This document shows positions 1 through 15,800 of a stretch of 64,000 nucleotides of DNA, piece by piece; the first letter of the stretch is position 1; each line of letters begins with the position of its first letter. Below the pieces are notes generated by a model. It worked only from the letters and a program-made list of their open reading frames with translations. It was not told where the DNA came from and did not search any database. Location: the NCBI RefSeq assembly GCF_009914755.1, contig NC_060930.1. One strand, written 5' to 3'. Source of the DNA: the human T2T-CHM13v2.0 reference genome, Homo sapiens. The position numbers and the translations under genes were made by a program.

Positions 1-379
1 TCTAGTGATCTAAACACAGGGTTCAAGATCAAGCACAACTAGGTACTGTGTGGCAACATTTCTGCATAAATTTTGCTGGGAATGTAGCTTGTCGCTGAGT
101 AGTGCTGTATTTATTTACTTGATTCTCAGATTACTGGTTCTCTTTCTGCTTGAAAAGGTGAATAATCTCAGTTTCTTTGTAGTGAAGGGAAAAAACCTAG
201 TCAGCCAGTCCTTAATGCCACCTAACAAAAAATCCTAATCATGATGACAGTCACCCTGAGGATAAGAGAAGTTATTTCTGCAGACAGGTTTTCTTCGTTA
301 GAACTATGGCATAAGAGAGGAACCAATCAGAACATCTTACATTAAGAGCACTTTTAATTCTTTCACGTACATTATCAAA

Positions 380-760
380 GGTAGCTACAGTTAACACTAT
401 TAAGAGCTTACATGACAGGTGCTGTTCTAAGTGATTGACACATATTAACTCATTCAATTCTCATAACAACTTCATGAAAAAATTGTTGTTGTAATTATTT
501 TTATTTTTTTAATTGATAAAATTGTATATATTTTTGGTTTACATCATGATGTTTTGATATATGTATATATTGTAGAATGGCTAAATTAAGCTAATTAACA
601 TATGCATTACCTCATATGTAATTACTTTTAAAATAAAGATTCTGTTGTAATGAGAAATTGAGTAACTTGCCTAAGTCACAAAGCTAGTAAGCAGCTGAGC
701 TGGGATTTGAGCCCAGACACCATCTGGCACAAGAGTGGGCGATCTTAGCCTCCATGCTTC
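380..760 (-). mobile_element. MIR SINE, interrupted by a short L1MA-type 3' fragment (~500-620)
   Basis: MIR-like core (attaactcattcaattctcataacaac ... agtaacttgcctaagtcacaaagctagtaag ... gggatttgagcccag) flanking an L1MA-like 3' end (aaaattgtatatatt...ggctaaattaagctaattaacatatgcattacctca). Confidence 0.65.
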
Positions 761-2095
761 TCATGAAAGGTAGGTGGAGCAGGCATAACACCCAGTGAAA
801 GAGTGGATCAGATGAATGTTCATGGGTGGCATGAACAAGGGTTTAGGAATACCTCTTTATTGTCCAAGGAATTAAAGTTGAAAGAAGGGCCTAGTGTCCT
901 AGCATCTTGCTCTAGATTTCCCTCACAGGGGACATCTACTAATTGTGTATCTCTGGAAATGGCACTTGAAGGGCCAGTCCTACCAGGTGGCTGGGCAGGG
1001 AAAGCAATTCTCCTTCACGGAATTGCTATACTTGGGATGTGAAGGGTGGCACTCACCAAGGGCCCATGTGTACATCATGCTCCATTAGATACTGTGTGCA
1101 ATTAAACCAAGAAACAGTTTTTGAACTTAGGAATCTTACAGTTTACTAGGAAACCAAGATATGGAACAAATGGACAGAAAAGTTAATGGAGTTTTCTTTA
1201 TTTCAGGATGTGCCTACCTGGTACTTGAAAAAAAGATCAACCAACTGATTATTTCGTCTAACAATTTAAAGCAACATTTGATCGCTTAAGATAAATGAAT
1301 TAATTATATTGTTGAGATCAGGACAATTTCAGAGTGAAGGGGAGTCAGTATATGTTAGTCAGTATTTTTTGAGCACATACTGGGGCCCAGAATTGCAACT
1401 GACACATTAAGATACAAGGACTATTGGAGGCGGAATAGTTAACAGGTGGTGAATATGCATTACTTTTCAGACTGTGATTCAATCGTGTTCCCTCTAGCAT
1501 TCAGTTGGTTGGGAATATTGCTTAAAGGATGTGGCAAACTCCACCCACAAATAAATATGGGCACAACTAGTAGTAAAACAAAAAACTGTAAAGGAAAGTG
1601 TCGTAGGTATTAGAAGAAAGAGACAAGTTGCTATTTATAAGGTGCTCCAGTGTGAAAATCCTTTCAACAACACTCTGCCCTTTTTTCTGCTTGAGTGTGT
1701 GCTGACAAGCAGCTAACCAACTTTTCAGGCACCCATTCTTTATATCAAGTTGAAATGTGTCTTTCCATAAGAGTTTTTTTTTACCTTGTTCTTCTTTATA
1801 AAGCAGCATACATTAAATAGTTTTATTCAGATTTTTCCATATACCAAATTGAACTCACTTCTATTAACTAGATGGCATATGGGCAGCCTCCAGATCTTTT
1901 ATCTGTTGAGTTACTCTGCTTTGAAACTCTCTGTTTTGTAAGGATGTCTAAAAATTTGTGACTTGGAGTTAGAATTAACTCAAGGGATATGTTGCAACAA
2001 GAACTAAGACCTTTGCCTTTCTTGAGCAGGACACCATTTTTTCTAATGCAACCCAAGATTATGTTAACTTGTTAGAAATTCTGTATACTCTAAAC

Positions 2096-2289
2096 TAGTG
2101 GTCGTAACTGGGCAATTTTGCCCTGAGTGGACAATGCCTAGAGACATTTTTGGTTGTCACACCTGGCAGGTACTAGTGGCATACAGACCTGGAATGCTGC
2201 TCAATATCTTACAATTCACAGAATAGTCCCTCACAGCAAATAAATATCTGACTCTAAATGTTATTAATAATAGAGATTGAGAATTCCTG
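2096..2289. mobile_element. MER20 (hAT-Charlie MITE)
   Basis: gcaattttgccc...caatgcctagagacatttttggttgtcac...gaatgctgctcaatatcttacaat...gagattgagaattcctg matches the remembered MER20 consensus. Confidence 0.75.
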
Positions 2290-3622
2290 ATCTGGACCAC
2301 AAATATCCTGAAGCCAAGCTTCTCCTGAACATGAAAGCTAGTACTAAAAGGAATAAGGGGGTAAGAAAAGCAATTGATCTTACAGTAAGGAGGAAGTCTA
2401 AGAGTGTAGAAGGTTCTGAACTTCAAGATGGCACTGTTTCTGCAACATTAGTCAGAAGGAATGCTTTGGCCATTATTAAGAAAAATAGACTGGGCAGAAA
2501 ATTCAGTTTATCACAAGAACATCAGATACGTATGGGAAGTCACTAAAAGAGTCAAGTCAGAATGCAGAAATGTTTGTATACTAAAAAGGAAGCTATAGTA
2601 ATAACACTTGCAGATTAAATAGTTGTCAGAAAAAAAAACCTTGGTATATTTAGCAGTTCAAACATTTGTTAATGTCAGTATAATTATGGTAAACAGGGAT
2701 TCACAACTAATAATTCTCCAGGATGGAGAAGAATGAGGTAGCAGCAAAAATTTGTTATGAATCAATAGGAAGCAGTTAGAAAGTTAAAACAGAGAAAATT
2801 TATTAATTCTCTCTAATTAAGAAAATGCAATTTAAAATGACATAAAAAATTTGCAAAAATGAAAATAATACCTGAATTTTCCTATCATATGGAGAAATAT
2901 ACACTTACATAGCAGATATGGGAGTGCAAATTGATATGCCTTTCTAAAAAGTTAGGAAGTAGGTAAGAAAAGCCCTAAAAACACACAGCCTAGTAACCCA
3001 GTTCTCTGAAATTGGCTTAAAGGGATAATTAGGGCTTGGAAAAAATATTTAACCATAAAAATTCTTATTAATATCCTGTTTTCATAACATATGTAGTGAA
3101 TAACCTACATATTTAACAACTGGAGATTGGCTAAATATATTATGGCATATCTGTGTAATAGAATATTTGTTATTATTAAAATTATGTGGGATACGTTTAC
3201 TAACATGAAGTGAAAAAAGAAAGTTTGTATTTTTTAGTTCTAGTGAGGTATGAATAAAATTGTATATATTTAAAGTATATAATGTGATGATTTGATATGT
3301 ATATGTTGTGAAATGATTACCACAATCAAGTTAATTAACACACCCATTACCTCAGTTACCTCTTTTTTGTTGTTGCTGAGAACACTTACGATCTACTCTC
3401 TTAGCAAATTTCAAATACACAATACAGTATTATTATATTATATATACTATACATTTCATCCTCAGAATTTATTCATCATAAATAGAAAGTTTGTACCTTT
3501 TGACCAAAATCTCTACTTCTCCCCCAACCTCCTAGCCCCTGGCAACCACTGTTATACTCTCTGTTTCTATAGGTTCAACTTTATTTTTTTAAAAAAATAT
3601 TCCACACAAAAGTATTATACTA

Positions 3623-3893
3623 TATTCATGGGCCACATAATGATATTTCAGTCAATGATGGACTGCATATGTAACAGTGGTCCCATAACATTATAAGGGA
3701 GCATATACAGAAACCTGATATATGGGAGTTAATATTGGCATTGCAGATCATGCAGGGCTTAAAATCACAATTCCCAAGAGCCTATAAACAAAGTTGAGTG
3801 AGGACTTACTGTACACTCTGTGATGCTCACACAATGACAAAATCCCTAACAATACATTTCTCAGAACGTATCCCTGTCATTAAGCACTACACT
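3623..3893. mobile_element. Tigger3a-like TcMar MITE
   Basis: Left end ttcatgggccacataatgatatttcagtcaatgatggactgcatat...ggtcccataacattataa; right end gtacactctgtgatgctcacacaatgacaaaat...catttctcagaacgtatccctgtcattaagc. Confidence 0.75.
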
Positions 3894-3957
3894 ACATGGC
3901 TCTATTTGTCTTTCTCCATATGGATTATTTCACTTACCTTAATATCCTCCAGGTTTA

Positions 3958-4162
3958 GGCCTGGCTCAGTGTCTCATGCCAGTAATCCCAGCACTTTGGG
4001 AGGCCAAGGTGGAAGTAGTGCTTGAGCCTAGGAGTTTGAGACCAACCTGAGAAACATGATGAGACCTCATCTCTACAAAAAATAATAATAATAAATTAGC
4101 TAGGAATGGTGGTACATGCCAGTAGACCCAGCTACTTGGGAAGCTAAGGCGGGAGGATTTTT
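3958..4162 (+). mobile_element. AluJ-like SINE, 5' part (split by L1PA insertion)
   Basis: taatcccagcactttgggaggccaagg, A-rich linker, right arm breaks off at gggaggat and continues at 10325. Confidence 0.9.
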
Positions 4163-4381
4163 TTTAAATTATTATTATTATACTTCAAGTTTTGTGGTAC
4201 ATGTGCACAATCTGCAGGTTAGTTACATATGTATACATGTGCCATGCTGGTGTGCTGCACCCATTAACTCATCATTTAGCATTAGGTATAACTCCTAATG
4301 CTATCCCTCCCCCCTCCCCCCACCCCACAACTGTCCCCAGAGTGTGATGTTCCCCTTCCTGTGTCCATGTGTTCTCACTGT

Positions 4382-8203
<3,822 letters not shown>

Positions 8204-8266
8204 TATGATGTTAGCTGGTTATTTTGCTCGTTAGTTGATGCAGTTTCTTCCTAGTCTCGATGGTCT

Positions 8267-9281
8267 TTACAATTTGGCATGATTTTGCAGTGGCTGGTAC
8301 TGATTGTTCCTTTCCATGTTTAGTGCTTCCTTCAGGAGCTCTTTTAGGGCAGGCCTGGTGGTGACAAAATCTCTTAGCATTTGCTTGTCTGTAAAGTATT
8401 TTATTTCTGCTTCACTTATGAAGCTTAGTTTGGCTGGATATGAAATTCTGGGTTGAAAATTCTTTTCTTTAAGAATGTTGAATATTGGCCCCCACTCTCT
8501 TCTGGCTTGTAGAGTTTTTGCCAAGAGATCAGCTGTTAGTCTGATGGTCTTCCCTTTGTGGGTAACCGGACCTTTCTCTCTGGCTGCCCTTAACATTTTT
8601 TCCTTCATTTCAACTTTGGTGAATCTGACAATTATGTTTCTTGGAGTTGCTCTTCTCGAGGAGTATCTTTGTGGTGTTCTCTGTATTTCCTGAATCTGAA
8701 TGTTGGCCTGCCTTGCTAGATTGGGGAAGTTCTCCTGGATAATATCCTGCAGAGTGTTTTCCAACTTGGTTCCATTCTCCCCGTCACTTTAAGGTACACC
8801 AATCAGACGTAGATTGGTCTTTTCACATAGTCCCATATTTCTTGGAGGCTTTGTTCATTTCTTTTTATTCTTTTTTCTCTAAACTTCCCTTCTTGCTTCA
8901 TTTCATTCATTTGATCTTCCATCACTGATACCCTTTCTTCCAGTGGATCGCATCGGCTCCTGAGGCTTCTGCATTCTTCACGTACTTCTCGAGCCTTGGC
9001 TTTCAGCTCCATCAGGTCCTTTAGGGACTTCTCTGAATTGGTTATTCTAGTTATACATTCGTCTAAATTTTTTTCAAAGTTTTTAACTCTTTGCCTTTAG
9101 TTTGAATTTCCTCCTGTAGCTTGGAGTAGTTTGATTGTCTGAAGCCTTCTTCTCTCAACTTGTCAAAGTCATTCTCCGTCCAGCTTTGTTCCATTGCTGG
9201 TGAGGAACTGCGTTCCTTTGGAGGAGGAGAGGCACTCTGCTTTTTAGAGTTTCCAGTTTTTCTGCTCTGTTTTTTCGCCAT
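8267..9281 (-). pseudogene. L1 ORF1p (RNA-binding protein), frameshifted
   Basis: Pieces MAKKQSRKTGNSKKQSASPPPKERSSSP..., MELKAKARE..., ...REWGPIFNILKEKNFQPRISYPAKLSF... Confidence 0.95.
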
Positions 9282-9864
9282 CTTTGTGGTTTTATCTACT
9301 TTTGGTCTTTGATGATGGTGATGTACAGATGGGTTTTTGGTGTGGATGTCCTTTCTGTTTGTTAGTTTTCCTTCTAACAGTCAGGACCCTCAGCTGCAGG
9401 TCTGTTGGAGTTTGCTAGAGGTGCACTCCAGACCCTGTTTGCCTGGGTATCAGCAGTGGTGGCTGCAGAACAGCGGGTTTTCATGAACCAGGAATGCTGC
9501 TGTCTGATCGTTCCTCTGGAGGTTTTGTCTCAGAGGAGTACCCGGCCGTGTGAGTTGTCAGTCTGCCCCTACTGGGGGGTGCCTCCCAGTTAGGCTGCTC
9601 AGGTATCAGGGGTCAGGGACCCACTTGAGGAAGCAGTCTGCCCGTTCTCAGATCTGCAGCTGCGTGCTGTGAGTACCACTGCTTTCTTCAAAGCTGTCAG
9701 ACAGGGACATTTAAGTCTGCAGAGGTTACTGCTGTCTTTTTGTTTGTCTGTGCCCTGCTCCGAGAGGTGGAGCCTACAGAGGCAGGCAGGCCTCCTTGAG
9801 CTGTGGTGGGCTCCACCCAGTTCAAGCTTCCCAGCTGCTTTGTTTACCTAAGCAAGGCTGGGCA

Positions 9865-10353
9865 ATGGCGGGCGCCCCTCCCACAGCCTCACTGCTGCCT
9901 TGCAGTTTGATCTCAGACTGCTGTGCTAGCAATCAGCCAGACTCTGTGGGCATAGGACCCTCCAAGCCAGGTGTAGGATATCATCTCCTGGTGCGCCGTT
10001 TTTTAAGCCCATTAGAAAAGCTCAGTATTGGGGTGGGAGTGACACGATTTTCCAGGTGCCGTCTGTCGCCCCTTTCTTTGACTAGGAAAGGGAACTCCCT
10101 GACCCCTTGCACTTCCCAAGTGAGGCTATGCCTCGCCCTGCTTCGGCTCGCGCAGGGTGCACTGCACCCACTGTCCTGCGCCCACTGTCTGGCACTCCCT
10201 AGTGAGATGAACCCGGTACCTCCGATGGAAATGCAGAAATCACCTGTCTTCTGTGTCGCTCACGCTGGGAGCTGTAGACCGGAGCTGTTCCTATTCGGCC
10301 ATCTTGGCTGCCCTCCCCTTAGCTGGGAGGATCTTTTGAGACTAGAAGTTTGA
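9865..10353 (+). CDS. L1 antisense ORF0-like reading frame, open and extended to 162 aa into the flanking Alu (translation unproven)
   Basis: ATG at 9865 in context gcaATGG; MAGAPPTASLLPCSLISDCCASNQPDSVGIGPSKPGVGY... matches the primate L1 ORF0 N-terminus; no stop until 10351-10353. Confidence 0.5.
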   Translation: MAGAPPTASLLPCSLISDCCASNQPDSVGIGPSKPGVGYHLLVRRFLSPLEKLSIGVGVTRFSRCRLSPLSLTRKGNSLTPCTSQVRLCLALLRLAQGALHPLSCAHCLALPSEMNPVPPMEMQKSPVFCVAHAGSCRPELFLFGHLGCPPLSWEDLLRLEV

Positions 10354-10432
10354 GGCTACAGTGAGCTGCGATTGTGCCGTTGCACTCCAACCTGTGTGGC
10401 AGAGTGAGATCCTGTCTCAAAAAGAGCAAAAA
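10325..10432 (+). mobile_element. AluJ-like SINE, 3' part
   Basis: gggaggatcttttgag...gaggctacagtgagctgcgattgtgccgttgcactccaacctg...cctgtctcaaaaag; Alu TSD tcctccaggtt at 3945-3955 and 10438-10448. Confidence 0.9.
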
Positions 10433-10469
10433 CTGTGTCCTCCAGGTTCATCCAAAGTATCACAACAGG

Positions 10470-10470
10470 G

Positions 10471-10496
<26 letters not shown>
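10470..10496. repeat. (GT)n microsatellite
   Basis: Direct inspection. Confidence 0.95.
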
Positions 10497-10503
<7 letters not shown>

Positions 10504-10971
10504 CAATTTTTTAAAATTCATTCACCCATCCATGAACAGATTGTTTTCATATTTTGGCTATTGTGAATAACCCTGCAATGAATAGGAATTTATTTCCTCA
10601 AGACATTCATTTCCTCAAGACATTGATTTCTTTCCCTTCATATATACACCAAATAGTGGGATTACTAGATCACATGCTAGTTCTATTTTTATTTTTTTTT
10701 TTTTTGAGAAACTTTCATAGTGTTTACTATATTGGCTGTATCAAATTACATTCCCATCAATAGTGTACAATGTTTTTTTTTCCTCCACATCCTTACCAGC
10801 ATTTGTTACTTCCTGTCTATTTCATAGCCATCCTAACAGGTGTGAGATGATCCTGTGGTTTTGATTTGCAAATTCCTGATGATTAATGACATTGAGCACC
10901 TTTTCATGTACCTGCTGGAATTTTGAAAAAAAGGTCTGTTCAGGCTCTTTGCCCATTTTTAAAGTGAATTA

Positions 10972-11208
10972 CTGGTTAAGCAACCCAAATTTGAAAATCT
11001 AAAATCTGAAATGTTCCAAAATTCTAAACTCTTTGAGCACCACCAAGATGCTCGAAGGAAATGCTCACTGGAGCACTTGCTTTCAAATTTTTAGATTTGA
11101 GATGCTCAACAGATAAGCGCAATGCAAATATTCCAAAATCTGAAAAAAAAATCACAAATTCAAAGCACTACTCTTTCCAAGCATTTTGAATAAGGGATAT
11201 TCAAATTG
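10972..11208. mobile_element. Tigger4a (MER46/Zombi) MITE
   Basis: Degenerate TIRs ctggttaagcaacccaaatttgaaaat / attttgaataagggatattcaaattg, TA on both sides (10970-71 and 11209-10), length ~237 bp. Confidence 0.8.
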
Positions 11209-12589
11209 TATTTGTTTTTCCTATTGAATTGAATGAGTTTCTTAGATATTATAGATATTAACCTCATCAGATGTATGGTTTACAAATATTTCCTCCCATA
11301 AAGAGTGCATGTTTTTGTATGTGATATTAAATGGGCTCTGGTGGGGAACAATCTAGCTTAAAAATTTTTGTTTTCATGTTTGTACTTTCTTATGTTTTGA
11401 TAGTGTATTGATACTGCCTTTAAACAAAAAGAAAAAATGTTATTTTTTAAATATAAGACTAATCATAGAAAAAAGAAAGGCCATAAGGCATAAAAAGAAT
11501 TTAATGCCACTTTAATAAATAATTAGCAAAAGGTATGTAAAATAGACCGAAGAATCTGAGAAAAACAGCATTTAAAAATTCTGGGAAAGCAGTAAAATTA
11601 GGCCAAAAATAATAATGATTGTCTTTGATTTCCCAAACTTAGATGGAATTAATATTATAAAAGTTGGAGGTGAGGTTTTCACAAAGAACAAAGGACTGTT
11701 TCCTAAAATAGCAGTTCACAAGCAAAAGATGCATTCTTTTGACTCTTGCATTAAAGAGCTGATTCAGAAGGTAATGGTAAATGAGTCTGAAACCAATTAA
11801 AAAGAATCTTTGTAAGAGAGAAGAAGCCATTCTGATTGTTTGCACTTCCAAGTATTTAAATAGTGTGGAGGAGAAATATAAATTCAGTGATAAAAACAAC
11901 AACAACAATGTATGACCCACTGAAGAAATACTTTGCTAAGAGCCCTACGGTAAATTGCTCAGGGCAGTCTCTGTGTTTGGGAGCTTCTCTCACTACCCAC
12001 ATGGCTAATGGTGGGGTTCAGACCAACTACCTAAAAAACGTATGCATTGAGCAAGCAAGTGAGACATGGCAGGAAGGAAGAGCATTAAGTCTCTAGAATA
12101 CACACGTTGGTGATTCTGTGCTGTTAGTTAAAATTCAGAGAAAAAAATCCAAGTCTAACTGTACATGTCTTTATATGGCAAAGAGGGCCAATCCAAAGAT
12201 TGGAAACCAAGAGGCAGTTAAAACAAACCAGGAAAAATTAGCTTTCATTTGCCTAACTGTCTGAGATTTCTGCGTCTGATACTCTTTGTATGGTTCAGGT
12301 GTCACAACATCTAGAGCAGCATACTGAAGTTAGGGCAAATCCAGAGAAAGTCTGCTAAGTGGATTGGAGAAATAGCTGCAAAGAGTAAGAGGAAGAGTAG
12401 GAAATGAGGAAGAAAAGGTGGCAAAAGTGGATGTTAATAAATGTTCGTTTTCCTTCCAGGAAACGGAAACTGTGCTAGACCTTCTCATCAGTTACCTAAT
12501 CCTCATAGCTCATTTATTTGGAAAGATGAACTTGACCTATTAGTCCAATTTTTATTATTTCTCCACTTATTGAGAGAGTATAGTGTATC

Positions 12590-12810
12590 CCAGCCCCTTC
12601 CTTTCCAGCTGTGTGTCTTTAGCGAGTTATTTGACTTCCTTGTGGTTTCCTCATTTGTTTAATAGGTCTCACAATCAGCATACAAGGAGTTGTTTTGAGA
12701 ATAAAATGAGTTAAATTGGGGAAAGCGGTTAGGACAGTGTCTGGCTGATAGGAAGCACTCAATAAATGTGAATAATTATAGTGACTAAATAACTTGCCCA
12801 AGGTCATATA
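12590..12810 (+). mobile_element. MIR fragment
   Basis: cagctgtgtgtctttagcgagttatttgacttcc...gttgttttgagaataaaatgag...aagcactcaataaatg. Confidence 0.6.
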
Positions 12811-15800
12811 ATTTGTAGGTGTGTCTAACTTTAGGCTTTTTCTATTCTACCATTCTACCATTCAGACAAGGTGCCTGTTTGAATTCTGTGGCCTTGTTTG
12901 CTAAAATCCGAATAATCTAGAATGAGGAGGCCATTTGAAATTTGAGTTTTGGCCAAGCCTACTTCCCTTTTACCCAGAAAAGACTACTTACCATAGCTAG
13001 TTAATGAGCTTAGAGAAGTCCTTTAGGTTGGATCTTTTGTGGTCACTCTTGGACATGAATGGGGGCTGCTGTTTACAGCAGGCCTGACTCAGATATGTTT
13101 CCCATGTTCTTGTGTTGCCACATGTGAGAGAATCTGTTAGATTCATGAAAATGAAAACATTTCCTCTCTCTGAGCTTCAGCTAGCACAAAAGCAAGAACT
13201 GAGTGAAGTTGCTCTCATCAGCACTTGTTTTTAAATTAAGAGAACGCATTTTCAAAGGGAGTGGCTAACTACAAGAACCCTTGGCTAAGGTACACTTCAA
13301 GGCTTATCATCAGAGGCTCAAAATGTAATTTTATTAAGAGAAAATGTGAACCTAATGTCTCCAAATGTTTTAATTATTTATCCACTGCTGTTTCAACTTG
13401 TCCTCTGATGTTAGCCATAAGTCAGACATAGTTTAAGCAGCATTTTAGCAATTAGTATACCAGCATTAACTTTTCTTCTGTATTAGAAATTAAATCAAGA
13501 CTTTTTTTCTTGCTTTTAATTTATCTTTGGTTAATAATAAGGATGAAAAAATTAATGTTTAATGAGGGAAAATAAAAGCCTAAAATAACTCAGTCAAAAA
13601 AGCCTAAAATAATCTCTGTCAACAGAGTCTCAGAACAAATATATATATATGCATATTATATTATAACATATAATGTATTATATATAATATTATATATCTG
13701 TGCCCAGAAAACATAGACTTCAGAAACAAAACCTACTTTGGAAGAAAGCAAGCCTCATTAGGCTAAAGAGGTTGAACATGTGCCTCGAAGAGTGACCCTT
13801 GCTAAGTCACTCAAGACATTCTATGACTCAGTTTCCTTATTAAAATAGGGCATACAAAATCCTGTTGCGCCTTGTGGAATCCATTTAATTTGACTTAAAT
13901 GAATATGCTTCGAGGTTTCAAAATATGCTTGGCAGTTCAATGTACTGCATTAATATATAACAATGTTTTAAGGTAGCAGACAAAATTACTCATTTAACAG
14001 AGACCAATTAAATTTTTGCCATTCTTTGTTTGAACTAAGGATTAAACATGGACACATCTGCTTCTATCTTAAATTCCATATTTCTCTAGGGGAAGAAAAT
14101 ATAAGAGAAGTGGCTGTATCATTTGATATGTGGAACAGGAGAATTTACCTTTTTTTTTTTTTTTTGCTAGACAATTATAGCCTCTGAAGTTTGGAAGAGG
14201 CCTTAGAAGACAGAGAGTTCACCTATGGTGTCTTTCATTTAAGTAAGATGAAAATTGATTCCTGGTTCTAGGGAAGAAAACCAAGTTCGCCTAGCCTGCA
14301 TCTTTCAAAACTTTTAGATCGACAGTTATTTTAAAACATGTTTTAAAATGAGTCCCATTGACGTTACTTCTGCCTAAGTTACAGCATTTTAACCATAAAC
14401 TCATCCATAAACTAAGTTAGGTGAGTGGTGATAAAAACCATGAGGAAAATATTTATTATACTTTAGATTTCCATTAATCTAGATATAGGTAAACAAAAAA
14501 CAATTCAGTAATTCAGGATAGAAAGCCATGAAAGACACTTACCCTGGTGCTAATTCAATAAAATATATATTTACGGATCAAGGCATAGTGCTGGGTGCTT
14601 CAGAGAAAAAAAGAAAGAAGTATGATGTGCACTTTCCCTAGGAAGACTTTCCCAGTTAGTTTTAGATGGTATTTCGTAGAGACCAAGGACATTTTGTAGA
14701 AAGTTAAAGAGTCATCCATGGGCATAGGGAAGTCCAAGGATACTACACAACCAGGACCCTCATATGGGGTGGGAGGTGGTCTTTCTACTTTTTCAATTGA
14801 ACAAGGATTTCACAGCTTTAAAAGAAAGTTTGAATATCAGCTAATGACTTTATTTCAGATAAGAGAAAGTTTATTATAAAATATTATCTTATGTACATTA
14901 ATTTGCTTTCATTTTCTCTGTTCCCATTTTATGTAAGATCATCATGTCTTTCTTTTTGGATTCATCTTGGACTTCAAGTCTAAAAAATTTAAATTTCTCA
15001 TTTCTAACTAAAATTAGATTTTTTTCAACTGACAAAAATTTGCTAAATCCCTAATACGAATTCAGAATAGAAGGTCATACCAAGAACCAACAAAAATATT
15101 AGGGTATGAAATAAGTTTAAAACATGGCCCCATTCATGAGGAGTTTATAGTCTAGGTGGGGGAAAAAGATGAAACCCCAGAAAGTCCCAATGAATAAGAG
15201 AGGTTTTCTTCATGCAAAGATTTTGTTTCTCTAGCTAACATTCCTGAGGTAAGGGTGGTTAAATCGAAAGAGTGCGGACTAGGTAAGCAGTTGAGGGAAA
15301 TAAGTCATGTGAAAGACAAATAATAGTGCCAACTCTTTAGAGTCTTCCCAACATCGCAAATAAAATGTTAACTAAGGAGAAAAACTGGTACCTTCGAAGG
15401 ACTTCGCTGCCAAGGGGATTGGCATTTCCATAATGGTGGGGAAGGAGAGACAACTCTGATTTCCATAGTATTTTGTAATTAATTTGGTGCTCTTATGGAA
15501 AATTAATTGGTTTTTTGATAATGAAACAGAAAGAAAGATTCAGGCTCTGGCATATTAAAAGAAATTCTCTTTAATAGAGGCAATGTCAGCCTGATAATGT
15601 GGTCTTGCTCCCTCAGGTGCTCAGATGCAGTTCCAGGGTAGCCTGAGAGAGCCTTGGTGGCTTAACACTTAAGCAAGCTTCTCCCTTGCAACTAAAGCTA
15701 AGCAGATTAATTAAAACTTAAAAGCATTATGATTTAGTTATGAATAACAGTTTTCAGTGACAGAGCTCTCCGTCTATAATTCACCATAACAAAATGACAC

